The notes under the pieces: generated by a model
Told to the model about the DNA's origin: nothing
Seen by the model: the letters and a program-made list of their open reading frames with translations, nothing else
The model's database searches: none
Source of the DNA: Limnobacter sp.
Lineage (GTDB): Bacteria > Pseudomonadota > Gammaproteobacteria > Burkholderiales > Burkholderiaceae_B
NCBI GenBank assembly: GCA_036275655.1
Contig: DASUDK010000103.1
Location: 1 to 53,789 of the forward strand
Reading direction: 5' to 3'
DNA: 53,789 bases
Made by a program: the position numbers and the translations under genes
Shown here: piece after piece, positions 44,501-51,454 of the stretch
Layout: each line of letters opens with the position of its first letter
Position numbering within the stretch: the first letter of the stretch is position 1

Positions 44501-45678
44501 AAGAGCGCGCAGCCAGCCTGGCCAAAAATCTGACGGTTAACTTTAACCGTCGCGGAGCGGTAGGACGCAAGCTGGGCGTGTGGTTTGCATTCTTCAACGC
44601 TGCCGTGCAAGGCACAGCGCGCATGGCCGAAACACTGGCAGGCCCCGCAGGCAAGGCCATTATGCTGGGCGGCGTCACCCTGGGCATGACCAATGCTTTG
44701 ATTGCCATGGCCGTGCTGGGCGGCATGGAGGGGGATGACGAGGATGAGGATGGTTACAACAACATTCCAGAGTTTGTGAGGGAGCGCAGCCTTATTATCC
44801 CCACGGGCGGCGGCAAATACGTGGCGTGGCCCATGCCATTGGGCTTTAACGTGTTCCCGAACATTGGTCGCATTGCAGCCGAATGGGCGTTTGGTCGGTC
44901 CAACAAGGGCAACGGCGCACGAATTGGCGAAATGATGCAGGTGATTGCCAACGCGTTCAACCCATTGGGCGGCTCCGCGCCTTTGGCGCAAATGATTGCC
45001 CCAACGGTCATGGACCCCATTGCAGCGCTTTTGCAGAATCGAGACTGGACAGGCACACCGATTTATCGCGAGGATTTAAACTCGCTGTCTCCCACCCCGG
45101 GTTTTTCCAGGACCAAAGACACCGCCAGCGCGTTTAGCAAAACGGTAGCAGAGCTAATCAACGACTGGACGGGTGGTACGGAATATCGGCCAGGCGTGTG
45201 GAGCCCAACCCCGGACCAGCTGGATTATGTGATTGGTCAATTGACCGGCGGCGCAGGCCGAGAGCTGCTGAAACTGTCTCAGACTGTGGCCGCGCCCCTC
45301 AATGGCGATGAGCTGCCGATGTACAAAATTCCACTGGTGGGCCGACTGGTGGGCGAAACCACAGGGCCGTCCGCACAGTCGCCAAGGTTCTACGAGAACG
45401 TGCGCGAGCTCAACTTGCTAGAAAGCGAGCTGCGTGGTCGGCTGCGCGATGGCAAGCCGGTGGACGATTTGCGAAAAGACCCAATGATTGATTTGATTGG
45501 CCCAGCCAACTCCGCAGAGCAACAGGTCCGGGATTTGCGCTCCATGCGGCGACAGATTGTTTCCCAGGGGCTTCCAGATGCAGCAAAAGAAACCAAGCAA
45601 ATCAACGAACAAATTGGCTTGGTGATGAAAGACCTGAATCGACAGGTGAACGCGGCCCAAAAAAATGCCCCACAGTGA
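32575..45678 (+). CDS. Giant DarB-like polyvalent protein (DdrB-like ParB, SF2 helicase, N6-adenine MTase, JAB/RadC, zincin peptidase, ART-like, LPD38-like)
   Basis: LQNRDR/GAP/NGRT; GTGTGKT, DEAH, SATP, QQEGRVYR; YFATP, LEPSAGHG, NPPF; HNHPSG; HEVLGH; VVYHGT...IYFS...YIAFDPTQIKS. Confidence 0.88.
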   Translation: MSNLFDKYGINRPQGQQQTGQKPNNLFDRFGVERPKRPDEEPEEEQGIVGSAIDSVIDAGKTLYQGAKSTGRAIGAAGNTVSGDLQDVEEYAARQNEASKEKPEALQRFNEAIERGSKSVDPSAGTLSQIGQSAKEIGKAVIDNPEGAFQFGLEQVPNMAAALGPGIAGAKAGAAFGALGGPLAPITAPVGGVLGFATGMFLGNAALETGFKAIEKAEGGFTQAEADEAISEGAVKGGVVTAVDVATLGIGGAAAKLLNRAVANAGAKAEARVLADAGVDITNRQAVTQALADPALRQAAQEAGMQAAKATSTIGRRTLQAGTVGAMETVGEGVGEYLGELAATGNASVYDAVVESLAGLSQSAVETGYNVSKAQGNDLDTRGIVRAGQEMQGDTTAGQPAGAPTATNTALQGNVPPEAVTPSADPSAQAAPESPVQAAPMPAQSTTPANLPEVEGRLAQLEIEAQQRELTPQERAEAEQLMAALEQMEQGEVTAVQPIMLDNTPTPVEAGQERQESALTPPASAPAGTANAMPQADITGKKPGSWVIVDKSTGQAVVEMFDASNVAKVNTDRFDIVPAGQYLASLNQQQGKAGAPTASIVPTPQASTVPTEGMAPRIDPAQGSTEQASSLPAGQDQNLQNRDRSRAASVMQMAQIAKDPDFMRLGPSNTPDSGAPMVFAVGDDFVNISGNAFGAQDVAVMSDGQRVPFRYAVVDASKVQPSNFVTGDVNPEFTSKANGTIKALNNGRTAAVRAAYEMGTAGRYQAEFLQRAAMAGIDPQVVQQTPNPMLVRVYSEKDNTVGMAAKSQGQALGMSPSELARQDAQLIDSSVLSVYMPGDVAAPDNRDFVRAMVGRMNQAGVDVAGMMTDTGTLSSNGRLRIQAALMHAAFDDSDLVQEMFDSLDTDIKAIGEALKTVAGEWANLRDSVRLGVIPAEMDLTGNLLQAIDMIRRARRDRANLYEMSRQVDIETGQIPDPLTTGLLNVFYTGTYLTRAAGKDKMIAQLRDYINAAMSVSNGADMFGDQIRATDILNVLTTDGGLDNVQAAASAGQPSGGSDPGNGPAQTGDQGLRPIQAGASQGVVGIGQGESQTQKQPSGQGNQTGNLGNAEAFDLTAPTPEQLQAQREQQQERERQAREAEQRAQADDQLGDFKLVGSDRDVDRAEAAGQRNMFDQPTESEQAPATAEQAIRDAFRALPSVTLGAFYPITVEFNGRTQQFLASQRALKGNKAEPAITLLQIKKGKMLADMPSEYIATMYKLDANNNLAEQGSPKVASSGQIKQWRDAGFELPALDSSKPEKAATKPKKQPAVSANKVFTEDAAEKARALLKKKLGQLNAGLDPEILQAGIQLAGYHIERGARTFAAYSKAMIDDLGDAVKPYLKSWYMGVKYDPRAAEFEGLSSAADVEQADINNLGADDVQPTKQGTAGNQPQTDGKPSDEKTVSDDADTTTQGAGSTGQNARGARNRPLGGGGVSNAGPDVGGARGVGGLFDDEGGFKANPVPSGSGDARGGTYDSTSRVEPRSKADGAASQVTGQAVSLQEKIAAQAAAEGIPVQYANKANIDATLPLLNPGQREDVLVAEKRFAKPNGYGMLFTNGTGTGKTLLSLGVIKRLLKQGKENVLVVVPNEAVIGAWLGDAKKIGVQITALPDTKSAGTGVVITTYANFGQNDELAKRDWDMVVIDEAHFLMQNAAAEKTEALAALQAVSLHPSGYIRRASMQNRELLASMKEKSDRIETLRKIANTDDTVDQLRNSYLSEAKQLEQEWIALNDKWVAARNKVEQDVIDRQGEKRTRVLFTSATPFAYEKNVEWAEGYLFEVEKGQTGGYNVATGMDKFMVEHFGYRMRYNKLTEPDAKVDRDLMQRNFNTWLRKQGVLSARMLDVDFDYERKFILVNNGIGQKIDEGMRWLNETDNGRYSFLASMIEDKFDRLNRLRLLEAIKANEAIPFIKAHHALGRKVVVFYDFNVGGGLNIFDLSELKKSFEQAEGNKELPDESKFIEVPVRGQEKGVSGNSRRMERIPRSQLVAEFIERRKDLQGLNFAMLRSPLRTLLAAFPNAGVYNGMPEYKRTRMQAIRDFNDDTKPESNLLLVQKNANAGWSGHDTTGRYPRVMINLGLPTAPIEAIQQEGRVYRTGLASNVSQQYFNTGTNWERRAFGSTISRRAGTAENLAMGEQARGLREAFIEAFEDSDPSYNPSPSDGTGGKERDRELVNTLSEFDRAKALYYAQQKRTSKTKSREGADYFATPEPIGLKMVEFADIRFGEDVLEPSAGHGAIARFFPEQTNRTLIEPSEELASRLSLSSDGKIIDDVFENHNIVNKYDAIVMNPPFGVGGKTAMEHLDRASKHLRDGGRIVALIPEGPMADKRFEQWMYEAQSKPVKPVATLPGFGPVYIGDTVQTRATWAPSGKVTGVNGDSLMVQTRPGSSSAVSFEAITSVAPTGARTKDVRANEDLRLVANISLPNGVFERAGTNVKTRIVVIEKVSDPAKRASIGQSMIDLSNRESVEEVFDAMENLSVAKRLKDDSEATPTNTPKAKSSVRDLDAAAQQAEKAAKEAGVVAGEGDEVFFRVQGDKLITNAPTVKVTTSKGKELEGVLVPDRATAIKVDQFTYAPMGKEKGFLVRLRHVQRPAPAAGSATEVAEKSPQYLAQEPQRQANAVQLDLFADTPPDESQQGPDVVALRKAAADEVRELQQVDTPIAVVLASELAQRQRTTLVGKTITSALDLATLAQVYRNPRFETARAFFLNKDGVVVGQVGVTSRLPASSSTIIGRDVTGYMNEVVNRAKDLGASGVYLLHNHPSGIVDASRADIEMTRAFTKLYGERGIMLQGHVVIDTNTYSEIDPNGNAEIKFANFGEKDFPSALKDQIAPVIDSPQALSAYAKAMERPGDIQIVAVNAQLKVMGLYTLPNQWAQNTKANGLPDKKALLRMAVASNASRMFAVVRDESVAKTLARTNYFLDVVHVKPDGTVNSLSGKLVAMSGSDLMPDAGKREGRVTPDTSLAFEKLYTMAKNTKAAFLRADKSTATKPSLPVAKEGMAEAEVMAVAQRVMKKWANKPEVVVVDSMQDDRVPGPVRDADAQQRAGGASGSPVAFIHRGVVYLIRPNMTSEAAISRALYHEVLGHYGLRGVYGDALNDVLDRIILARPDLLRAKAKEYGIAMTNTAQRREVAEEVLAEMSENNPELGFVRNAVAAIRTWLRNNVPGFESLALSNEEIIRLYIAPARNWVKRGESSVLAYSPTAFSREAMQASGVVDTPVFKRWFGDSKVVDSEGRPLVVYHGTRGDFNEFKPSKYDGGIYFSSDTGEAGEFAVMARNNGTPENTNIVPVYLSMQNPSVIDVGGQIFDEDMERIFRQSIRAAKANGNDGLIVRNVDNLGGVVSDTYIAFDPTQIKSATGNMGTFDPENPDIRFSRKTLSGGVPPTIGPKQQTKWSQAKDKVDQLLSPANAATMIYQVQDRFVDLKNVRKRIESLGKAISDMADAYLGEELYHQRLAGRVKKFLNDEVKPLQAAIRNAGLTVQEVEQYLHARHAPEANKVLAERNPNQQTIDQKRKESKDELDRLNTALQKAKQNDAATKALQEAIALAQTEVRKWQSATAFSGTEAERTSLSGMSDEQASNIMKSLPAAKRQRLDGIAAKVDAMNEKTLKALESYGLMSASELQAWRNTYKYYVPLHRDEAHPEGTAHPIGQGFSVRGSASKSRTGSNAEVTNILTHVIMQRESALARGEKNLVAKRLYLMAMQNPDREFWELDKVPMVSTLDKNGLVSTYPDPSFKTKPNVIVVRIGGKDRAIVFNERNREAVRLAGALKNLDVSDLDYLERTVGQATRWFASINTQYNPVFGAINFTRDVQGAMLNLTTTPIAGKQAQVMALVGPALRTIYRDVRGKSTKNNEMAKYWQEIQEVGGLTGFRDMFVTTNDRIKDLESMMNEADKGAARKAFDASLKWLSDYNETAENAVRLAAYKVARDSGMSKERAASLAKNLTVNFNRRGAVGRKLGVWFAFFNAAVQGTARMAETLAGPAGKAIMLGGVTLGMTNALIAMAVLGGMEGDDEDEDGYNNIPEFVRERSLIIPTGGGKYVAWPMPLGFNVFPNIGRIAAEWAFGRSNKGNGARIGEMMQVIANAFNPLGGSAPLAQMIAPTVMDPIAALLQNRDWTGTPIYREDLNSLSPTPGFSRTKDTASAFSKTVAELINDWTGGTEYRPGVWSPTPDQLDYVIGQLTGGAGRELLKLSQTVAAPLNGDELPMYKIPLVGRLVGETTGPSAQSPRFYENVRELNLLESELRGRLRDGKPVDDLRKDPMIDLIGPANSAEQQVRDLRSMRRQIVSQGLPDAAKETKQINEQIGLVMKDLNRQVNAAQKNAPQ

Positions 45679-45695
45679 GATAACACTGCGGGGCA
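45659..45695 (-). terminator. Intrinsic terminator for the leftward early operon, overlapping the end of the giant gene
   Basis: Minus-strand UGCCCCGCAGUG-uuaucu-CACUGUGGGGCA followed by U7. Confidence 0.8.
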
Positions 45696-45706
45696 GCAGG
45701 TCCCAT

Positions 45707-46180
45707 TCAGAATGGTATGTCGTCATCCATGTCCATGACCGATTGTGGAGGTCGGCTGGGGGTGGATGGCCGCGTGCCTGCGGAAGGCGGTGAGGCTTGA
45801 CGCTGGGGCCGATGCGCCGATTCTTGATTGGCGGCGTGCGATTTTGCATCACTTGATGGTGCACCGGATGACAACAAATCAAGGGCCAGGACGGTGCCGG
45901 TCAATTTGGTGCCAACCCCTTGATCGCGGCGCTGGTACGTTTCAATGTGCATGTCGCTGATTACAGCAAAGACAGTGGACCCTTTGAGCAGGTACGGTGC
46001 CAAGGCCTCGGCCAGCTTGCCGTACAAGGTTGCATCTACCCACTGGGTGGGTCGCTTGCCCTCGCCGTCTCTTTGCCCGTAATTGTAGGCCAGAGACAGG
46101 TTGGCAGCGGCGGTGCCCGAGGGTGTGTAGCGCAAGTCCACGTCCTGGCCCAAACGAAACACTCCAACCATGCGGCTCAT
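45707..46180 (-). CDS. ssb: Single-stranded DNA-binding protein
   Basis: RLGQDVDLRYTPSG OB-fold start and C-terminal DMDDDIPF. Confidence 0.93.
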   Translation of the reverse strand: MSRMVGVFRLGQDVDLRYTPSGTAAANLSLAYNYGQRDGEGKRPTQWVDATLYGKLAEALAPYLLKGSTVFAVISDMHIETYQRRDQGVGTKLTGTVLALDLLSSGAPSSDAKSHAANQESAHRPQRQASPPSAGTRPSTPSRPPQSVMDMDDDIPF

Positions 46181-46518
46181 CAGTGAACCCCCGCGCTGCT
46201 GTGTTGTGCTTGATCCACCTTGTTTTCGGCAACGCGGTCAATGTGGTCGGCCATGCGTCGAAGGTCCATGGCCAGCACGGAAGGCTGCTCAAGACAGCTT
46301 GCGGTGTACCCAACATGGAGTGACAAAATGTTGACCATGCTGTTGGCCACATCCCGCTCAAATTGCGGGTTTTTCAATGCCGCGTCTGCAAACGATTGAA
46401 GCATCGGCACAATGCAGTCCATAAAATACTTTTCACACTGCTCAATCGGTGAGGTCGCCAAATCATACTCAAAGCGCATGGTTGTGGACGTGGTAACTTC
46501 GGGCAAGGGGTTGCTCAT
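46180..46518 (-). CDS. Hypothetical protein
   Basis: Coupled ORF within the recombination operon. Confidence 0.7.
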   Translation of the reverse strand: MSNPLPEVTTSTTMRFEYDLATSPIEQCEKYFMDCIVPMLQSFADAALKNPQFERDVANSMVNILSLHVGYTASCLEQPSVLAMDLRRMADHIDRVAENKVDQAQHSSAGVH

Positions 46519-48248
46519 GCTTCAATCTCCTGGTTGGATGTGGTGGCCAGCGTGCCGCGCTGGATTTTAAAAGCGGCCCACTCGGTGGGCACTGGCATGG
46601 TGTCTTGCAGGGTGGTGCAAAAGAATATCCCCTGGCACTGGGCAATCTCGGCCAATTCAAGCGCATCGGCTCGCAAATTGGTGGTCAGTACGTCCAGCCG
46701 GTCCATGGTGATGATGCGGGTGTCGGTTAATTGCGCCAGCGCCAAGCCCATCACAAGCGTGCATCGGTATTGTTCCGATTCGCTCAATAGGGCATAGTGC
46801 CGGCCCAAAAACCAGACTTCCATGTTTTCATCAATGCGCACGGTGGGCCACTCCACTGAATCAGTCAATGCTTTCATGGCGTTGTTCACGGGGTCAATGA
46901 TTTGCTGGGTGAGCAGCGCAGGCAGTCCGGTGGGCGCCAGGGATTCGATCATTCGCATCCATTGAACCACCGTGAGGTATTCGGCCTGCGCATCGGTGCG
47001 GATTTTTTCCCAATCGTCGGCGGCCTTTTGGGCAGCCTCTAGCGCGGTCAATTCGCTGGTGACAGCCTTCAGTTCATTGTCGGCGTCGGCCAGCAAGTCA
47101 GCCACGTTTTGTGTGTTCAGCCCGGCAATTTCATCAAGCCGATTGCGCACTTGATCGGCGCGGGCGATGGCGGCTTCGCAGGCGGTCAGGTCACGCTTGC
47201 CATTGGCAATGGCTCGCTCCATCAACGCAACGGCCTCCAAGTGTTTGGCTCGATCTGCGGCGTTTGCGCATGTGGCGGGGTTCACGGGCGCACCGTGGGC
47301 GGCCTCGTACTGCGCCAACAGGTTTTGCGCATCGTCAATAGCAGAGGGGTCAATGTATTCGGCCTGAACCAAGCCCGACACATACCAAGCGAAATGACCC
47401 AGCAGGCCGGTGTCGATGTTTACCAATGGCGACGCATTGAGCTTGGCTAGTTCTCGCTCATCAACGTGCAATTTGTCCTGGATGCGCGCAAACCGCTCGC
47501 CCTTCTCAACACACTGAATCAACTCTTGCTCAAGCGCACCTCGCTCCTTGGCCATTTGTTGAGCGGCCCCAGCAGACTGCTGTAGCGTGGCAATGTGCGC
47601 GGCCAATCGTGCGCGCTCTGTGCGCAGGTTGTCGATTCGCTGTGAGTTTGGTACTTGCACCGGGGCAGGCGCCCAATCCTTTGCTTTTTCGGTGCCAAAT
47701 TCCTCGCCTGTGATGCGCTTCCAAATGGCCTTGTGCTCACGGGCCACCGCCTGGGCCTCTTTGTGTGCGGCCTCAAATCCGGCGGCCAGCATTGGGCCAA
47801 TGCGATCGACCACCTCTTTGGGGTGATCCTTGGCCAGCATGGCCATGGCATCCTTGGCCCCCAACTTGGTTTTGGTGGCCACAGACAGCGCCGTGCGACG
47901 CTCACTGGCAGCCAGCGCCATGAATCGCTCGGGTCGCAGGCACAACTGCGCCACGGGCTCTGTAAACAAAGCGCTGCCACTGCCCGAAGGCAGTGTAATC
48001 GACGCATCGCCTTTGCTTGATAGCACGGCCACCGAACCGGATTTCTCTTTGTTGTGCAACAGTAAGACCAGCTCTTTTTTCAGCTTCACCCGCTCAAACT
48101 CGCCGGTCAGTGCGTGAATGATGCCGTTGCGTATGCTGCTCTTGCCTTGGCCATTGGCCCCATAAAACACCGTCACCGGGGCAAGTTCAACATTCAGCGT
48201 GGATATGCCCAGGTAATTGTTTATGCTCAGTGTGGTCAACATGCTCAT
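46515..48248 (-). CDS. Rad50/SbcC-like ABC ATPase with coiled coil
   Basis: GANGQGKSS (Walker A), LSESEQ (signature-like), ITMDRLD (Walker B-like). Confidence 0.8.
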   Translation of the reverse strand: MSMLTTLSINNYLGISTLNVELAPVTVFYGANGQGKSSIRNGIIHALTGEFERVKLKKELVLLLHNKEKSGSVAVLSSKGDASITLPSGSGSALFTEPVAQLCLRPERFMALAASERRTALSVATKTKLGAKDAMAMLAKDHPKEVVDRIGPMLAAGFEAAHKEAQAVAREHKAIWKRITGEEFGTEKAKDWAPAPVQVPNSQRIDNLRTERARLAAHIATLQQSAGAAQQMAKERGALEQELIQCVEKGERFARIQDKLHVDERELAKLNASPLVNIDTGLLGHFAWYVSGLVQAEYIDPSAIDDAQNLLAQYEAAHGAPVNPATCANAADRAKHLEAVALMERAIANGKRDLTACEAAIARADQVRNRLDEIAGLNTQNVADLLADADNELKAVTSELTALEAAQKAADDWEKIRTDAQAEYLTVVQWMRMIESLAPTGLPALLTQQIIDPVNNAMKALTDSVEWPTVRIDENMEVWFLGRHYALLSESEQYRCTLVMGLALAQLTDTRIITMDRLDVLTTNLRADALELAEIAQCQGIFFCTTLQDTMPVPTEWAAFKIQRGTLATTSNQEIEA

Positions 48249-49345
48249 TCTCCAAGGTTAATGTTTCGACGCGGACGAACGGTCGTCGCTGCAGGGCGCT
48301 CCTGCTCCTGCGCCTGTGCAATCTCTTGCGCACGGATGCGCGCAATTTCCTCTTGCGAAAACGGCGCATTGTTTTTGGGGCCTTCTTCCAAGGTGGCCTG
48401 GTACGGCACGTTTTCGTTGCCAGTGGCAAGCGCTTCGGGCTTGATACTGTCTTTGAGCTCTTCAATGTTTTGTGCGCGAACACGTTCAATGTTTTGCTCT
48501 GGACTAGGCGCAACAGTGGCGCGTGGCGCGGCTGCTTTGGCCTTTGCGGCGGCGGCATTCACGGTGGCCGGTTCGGTCTTGCCAGCGGGTGCAAAGGTGC
48601 CGTCTGGTTGCTCAACGAGGTCCATAATGTCGCGCTCTTCTTCGGCGGTGCGACCCATGCCCATCACCACATCCGGGGCGTGCACGTCTGCAAAAAACGA
48701 TCCGGCGCGGTAGGTCAACATGAGCTCGGCCAATGCGCCTTGCCATTTGCTACCCGCTTTGCCATACCAGCCTTCTTGCACGGCCATAAGAATGCTCACC
48801 TTGGGGCCTTTGACCACTCGATCCGTGGGCCTTCCGTGCGCATCCAATGCAAACGCCCAGGCGTAGCACTCAATGTCATCAATCTCCACAGACCGTTCGA
48901 TCATGTCATACCGGCGTCGAGCGTCATTCCACGCGCCTTTTTCTTGGTACTTGGCCGTGATTCGGCCTTTGGGCACAAACTCAAACGACAGCGGCGAGAA
49001 TCGACGCGAGGCATTGATGGCGGCAATCTTGAATTTGCCGGACCAGCGCAGGCGCCCCTCAATCACATCGGCGTTTTGCATCACCGCGATCACACTCATG
49101 CCAACCGACTGCGCCACCTCCATGGCCACCAGACAATTGCCCAAGGCCGAGGGGTTCTCCACCCACGTTTCGGTGCCATTTGCCCCTTTTTTGAGAACGT
49201 GGGACCGGAAGGCGGCGGGCACAGCATCACTGCTAGCCAAAGACTTGGCCACCCGTTGGGCCAGCTCAAAACCCTGAAGGGTGAACAAATCAAACTTGAC
49301 CACGGGGGCGGCGGTCGGGTTTTTCAATTCAGCAAGCGTCGTCAT
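48245..49345 (-). CDS. RecT-like single-strand annealing protein
   Basis: LASSDAVP...NCLVA...VMQN...IEGR...EGW...SKW...ML.YRA pattern; next to a nuclease and ssb. Confidence 0.7.
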   Translation of the reverse strand: MTTLAELKNPTAAPVVKFDLFTLQGFELAQRVAKSLASSDAVPAAFRSHVLKKGANGTETWVENPSALGNCLVAMEVAQSVGMSVIAVMQNADVIEGRLRWSGKFKIAAINASRRFSPLSFEFVPKGRITAKYQEKGAWNDARRRYDMIERSVEIDDIECYAWAFALDAHGRPTDRVVKGPKVSILMAVQEGWYGKAGSKWQGALAELMLTYRAGSFFADVHAPDVVMGMGRTAEEERDIMDLVEQPDGTFAPAGKTEPATVNAAAAKAKAAAPRATVAPSPEQNIERVRAQNIEELKDSIKPEALATGNENVPYQATLEEGPKNNAPFSQEEIARIRAQEIAQAQEQERPAATTVRPRRNINLGE

Positions 49346-50160
49346 TATTTTCTCCAAAAACAAGTGTTGAACACGGGGCAATAGACATTGGTACACATCG
49401 TGGATTCGGGGTTGCCCCACGCGGGCATGTCGCCATGCACAATTCGTGCGGCAATCTCCAAAAGGCCGGGCTGACCATCTGGACCAAACAAAACAGATTT
49501 GGCGTCGTGAATTTGCGCGCTGGCAATGCGCTGCTTGTCGGGGGTTTGATTGGTCTGAAGCCCAATGATCGTGGCAGGCGCATCAATCGGGCGACCAATG
49601 GACTGCTCTCCAAGCAGCTCATACACACCCATTTGGGCCGCGTGCCCCTTGGTGTTGGCTTGCCCTTGAGTAGAAACAGCGGTTTTGCCACTTTTGAGGT
49701 CCGCAATGCCCAGGCTGTCCCCAATGATCTTGATGCGGTCCACGGTGCCGGACAGAACAATGGACAAATCCTCAATCAAAAGCGATTCGCACTTGGCCTC
49801 AACAGCCAGGAACTCATGCTGAGGGCTTTCCTCTCGACAGTATTTGCTTGTTAGCCCCGCCACAATACTGGCGCATTTTTGCACTTCGGTTTCCCAAACA
49901 ACTTCTTCATCGCCGTGGGTCAGGGCATGCACTGCCGCCTCGGTTGCCGCTGCCACCGATGGCACTTGACCCGCCAGGCGTTCGGCGTCAAAGAGGGCTG
50001 TGCCCGCATGAATGGCTGTGCCCATGGCGGCTTTGTCGCTGCTTGGGCTTTTGCGCTGCTCAAGGTGTATGGCAATCCAGCGGGCGGGGCAATCAATGAG
50101 GCTGGATAGGCTGCTGGCTCGTATTTGAATGGCCTTGCGGCCACTGAGGTCAATTTGCAT
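49345..50160 (-). CDS. Cas4/AddB-like PD-(D/E)XK exonuclease
   Basis: CPARW, GTAIH, GTVD, DLKSG, QMGVY and C-terminal C-x4-C-x5-C (1+3 Cys Fe-S pattern). Confidence 0.85.
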   Translation of the reverse strand: MQIDLSGRKAIQIRASSLSSLIDCPARWIAIHLEQRKSPSSDKAAMGTAIHAGTALFDAERLAGQVPSVAAATEAAVHALTHGDEEVVWETEVQKCASIVAGLTSKYCREESPQHEFLAVEAKCESLLIEDLSIVLSGTVDRIKIIGDSLGIADLKSGKTAVSTQGQANTKGHAAQMGVYELLGEQSIGRPIDAPATIIGLQTNQTPDKQRIASAQIHDAKSVLFGPDGQPGLLEIAARIVHGDMPAWGNPESTMCTNVYCPVFNTCFWRK

Positions 50161-50202
50161 GGTTCGCTTTCTCTCACGTAGTTAGCGGTTAATAGAATCT
50201 TG

Positions 50203-50245
50203 ATTGTACTGGGTTGGCGTTTGTTCGTCAACCCGATAGCGGGTT
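50203..50245 (-). promoter_or_regulatory. Sigma70 promoter of the recombination operon with adjacent operator
   Basis: TTGACG-17-TACAAT (50231-50203); perfect operator AACCCG-atag-CGGGTT (50230-50245). Confidence 0.8.
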
Positions 50246-50509
50246 TTAATCGGGCTTGGTGTCTGCAATGGCTTGTCGAAGTACCGCCTTGGCGGCCTGC
50301 ACCTGGGGTGTGTCAGGCGCGTTTCGCAGCACCGCCAGTGCCTTCAATGCTGCCGTTTTCATCCGTCCGTAACCAAGCCGGGCTTTTTGCTGTTGTTGCG
50401 ATACGTATTGTTTGTGGGCCTCGTATCGTTGGCTGCACACCTGGCATCGACACCCGGATTTGTACCCGCGAAGCCCGTGTGTTTTGGTGGATTCACTGCC
50501 CATTGTCAT
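50246..50509 (-). CDS. Small zinc-binding protein
   Basis: HGLRGYKSGCRCQVC motif. Confidence 0.7.
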   Translation of the reverse strand: MTMGSESTKTHGLRGYKSGCRCQVCSQRYEAHKQYVSQQQQKARLGYGRMKTAALKALAVLRNAPDTPQVQAAKAVLRQAIADTKPD

Positions 50510-50795
50510 CGCCTGTCAAAAAATCAACAGCCTCGCGGGCTTGATCCGTATTGATCGCTTTCAGTGCATTGATTGCGTACTGCACGGCATTGGCCAGGCC
50601 AAGCACCACGGCGGGGTCCATTGTCATGCTGTCACCGCGCTGAATGTGAAAAGCAGCGGCGCGCTGAAGCGCATTTAAGTCAGTGGTCATTTGGCATGCC
50701 CGTTGTTTTTGTTGGTGGGGATAGTCTGAAAAACAAAGCTCAAGGCACTCGCCCTGGGGATAATTACACCCACTTGCAGCGTATTTGCAACTCAA
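50493..50795 (-). CDS. Hypothetical protein (start uncertain)
   Basis: Coupled ORF with Cys-rich N-terminus; alternative start at MTTDLNAL. Confidence 0.55.
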   Translation of the reverse strand: MSCKYAASGCNYPQGECLELCFSDYPHQQKQRACQMTTDLNALQRAAAFHIQRGDSMTMDPAVVLGLANAVQYAINALKAINTDQAREAVDFLTGDDNGQ

Positions 50796-51454
50796 TTCGC
50801 ACCCCCATTTATACGGTCCATTGCGTCCATGATGGCGTTGGCGAACCGCTGAACATCAGGAAACAGCAACCCAAATTCCGCATTGAGTGCCATCAGTTCA
50901 TCATTTCTCCATAGCTCCATTTCAGTCAACCGCACCAGCTTTGCGGGTTGTTTAGCTGCCAACACCCTTGCTAAAGCCTGCCTGTCAATCGGCGTGTCAA
51001 TTTCTTCGTTTAGCCACTTTGCAATTGTGCGGTAATCATCTGCAAGGTTGGAGCCAGCCATTGTCGTGGTGTCGGTTGCCATCGGCTCTGCCGAGTGAAA
51101 CTCTAGCTCTGCGATGCGCAGTTTTAAATCATCGCACTCCATTTTCTTTTCGCAGTAACGGAGCCACAAATTAGCAAAGGAACTTTCGTTGAAAGACCCA
51201 AATGCCACTGGCTCTGCTGGCTGCGCGTTGGCGACGTGCCCACCGATACCAAACTCCGATAGAGGCAGGCCCTTGTACTCGTCAACCGGCACAAATTGGC
51301 CCGATGGCTGGGTTTGGCATTCACTGGCGAGTGCCTGCCAATCTTCTGCGGCTTTGACTCCGGCGTAAAACCACGAATTGGTAGTGCCAAGTGCCTCCTG
51401 TCGCCTCGATTCTAAAAATGCTGCTTTGTCGCGCATCTGTTCGGCTTGGTTCAT
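50792..51454 (-). CDS. Hypothetical phage early protein
   Basis: ATGA-coupled start at 51454; mosaic-looking sequence. Confidence 0.65.
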   Translation of the reverse strand: MNQAEQMRDKAAFLESRRQEALGTTNSWFYAGVKAAEDWQALASECQTQPSGQFVPVDEYKGLPLSEFGIGGHVANAQPAEPVAFGSFNESSFANLWLRYCEKKMECDDLKLRIAELEFHSAEPMATDTTTMAGSNLADDYRTIAKWLNEEIDTPIDRQALARVLAAKQPAKLVRLTEMELWRNDELMALNAEFGLLFPDVQRFANAIMDAMDRINGGAN

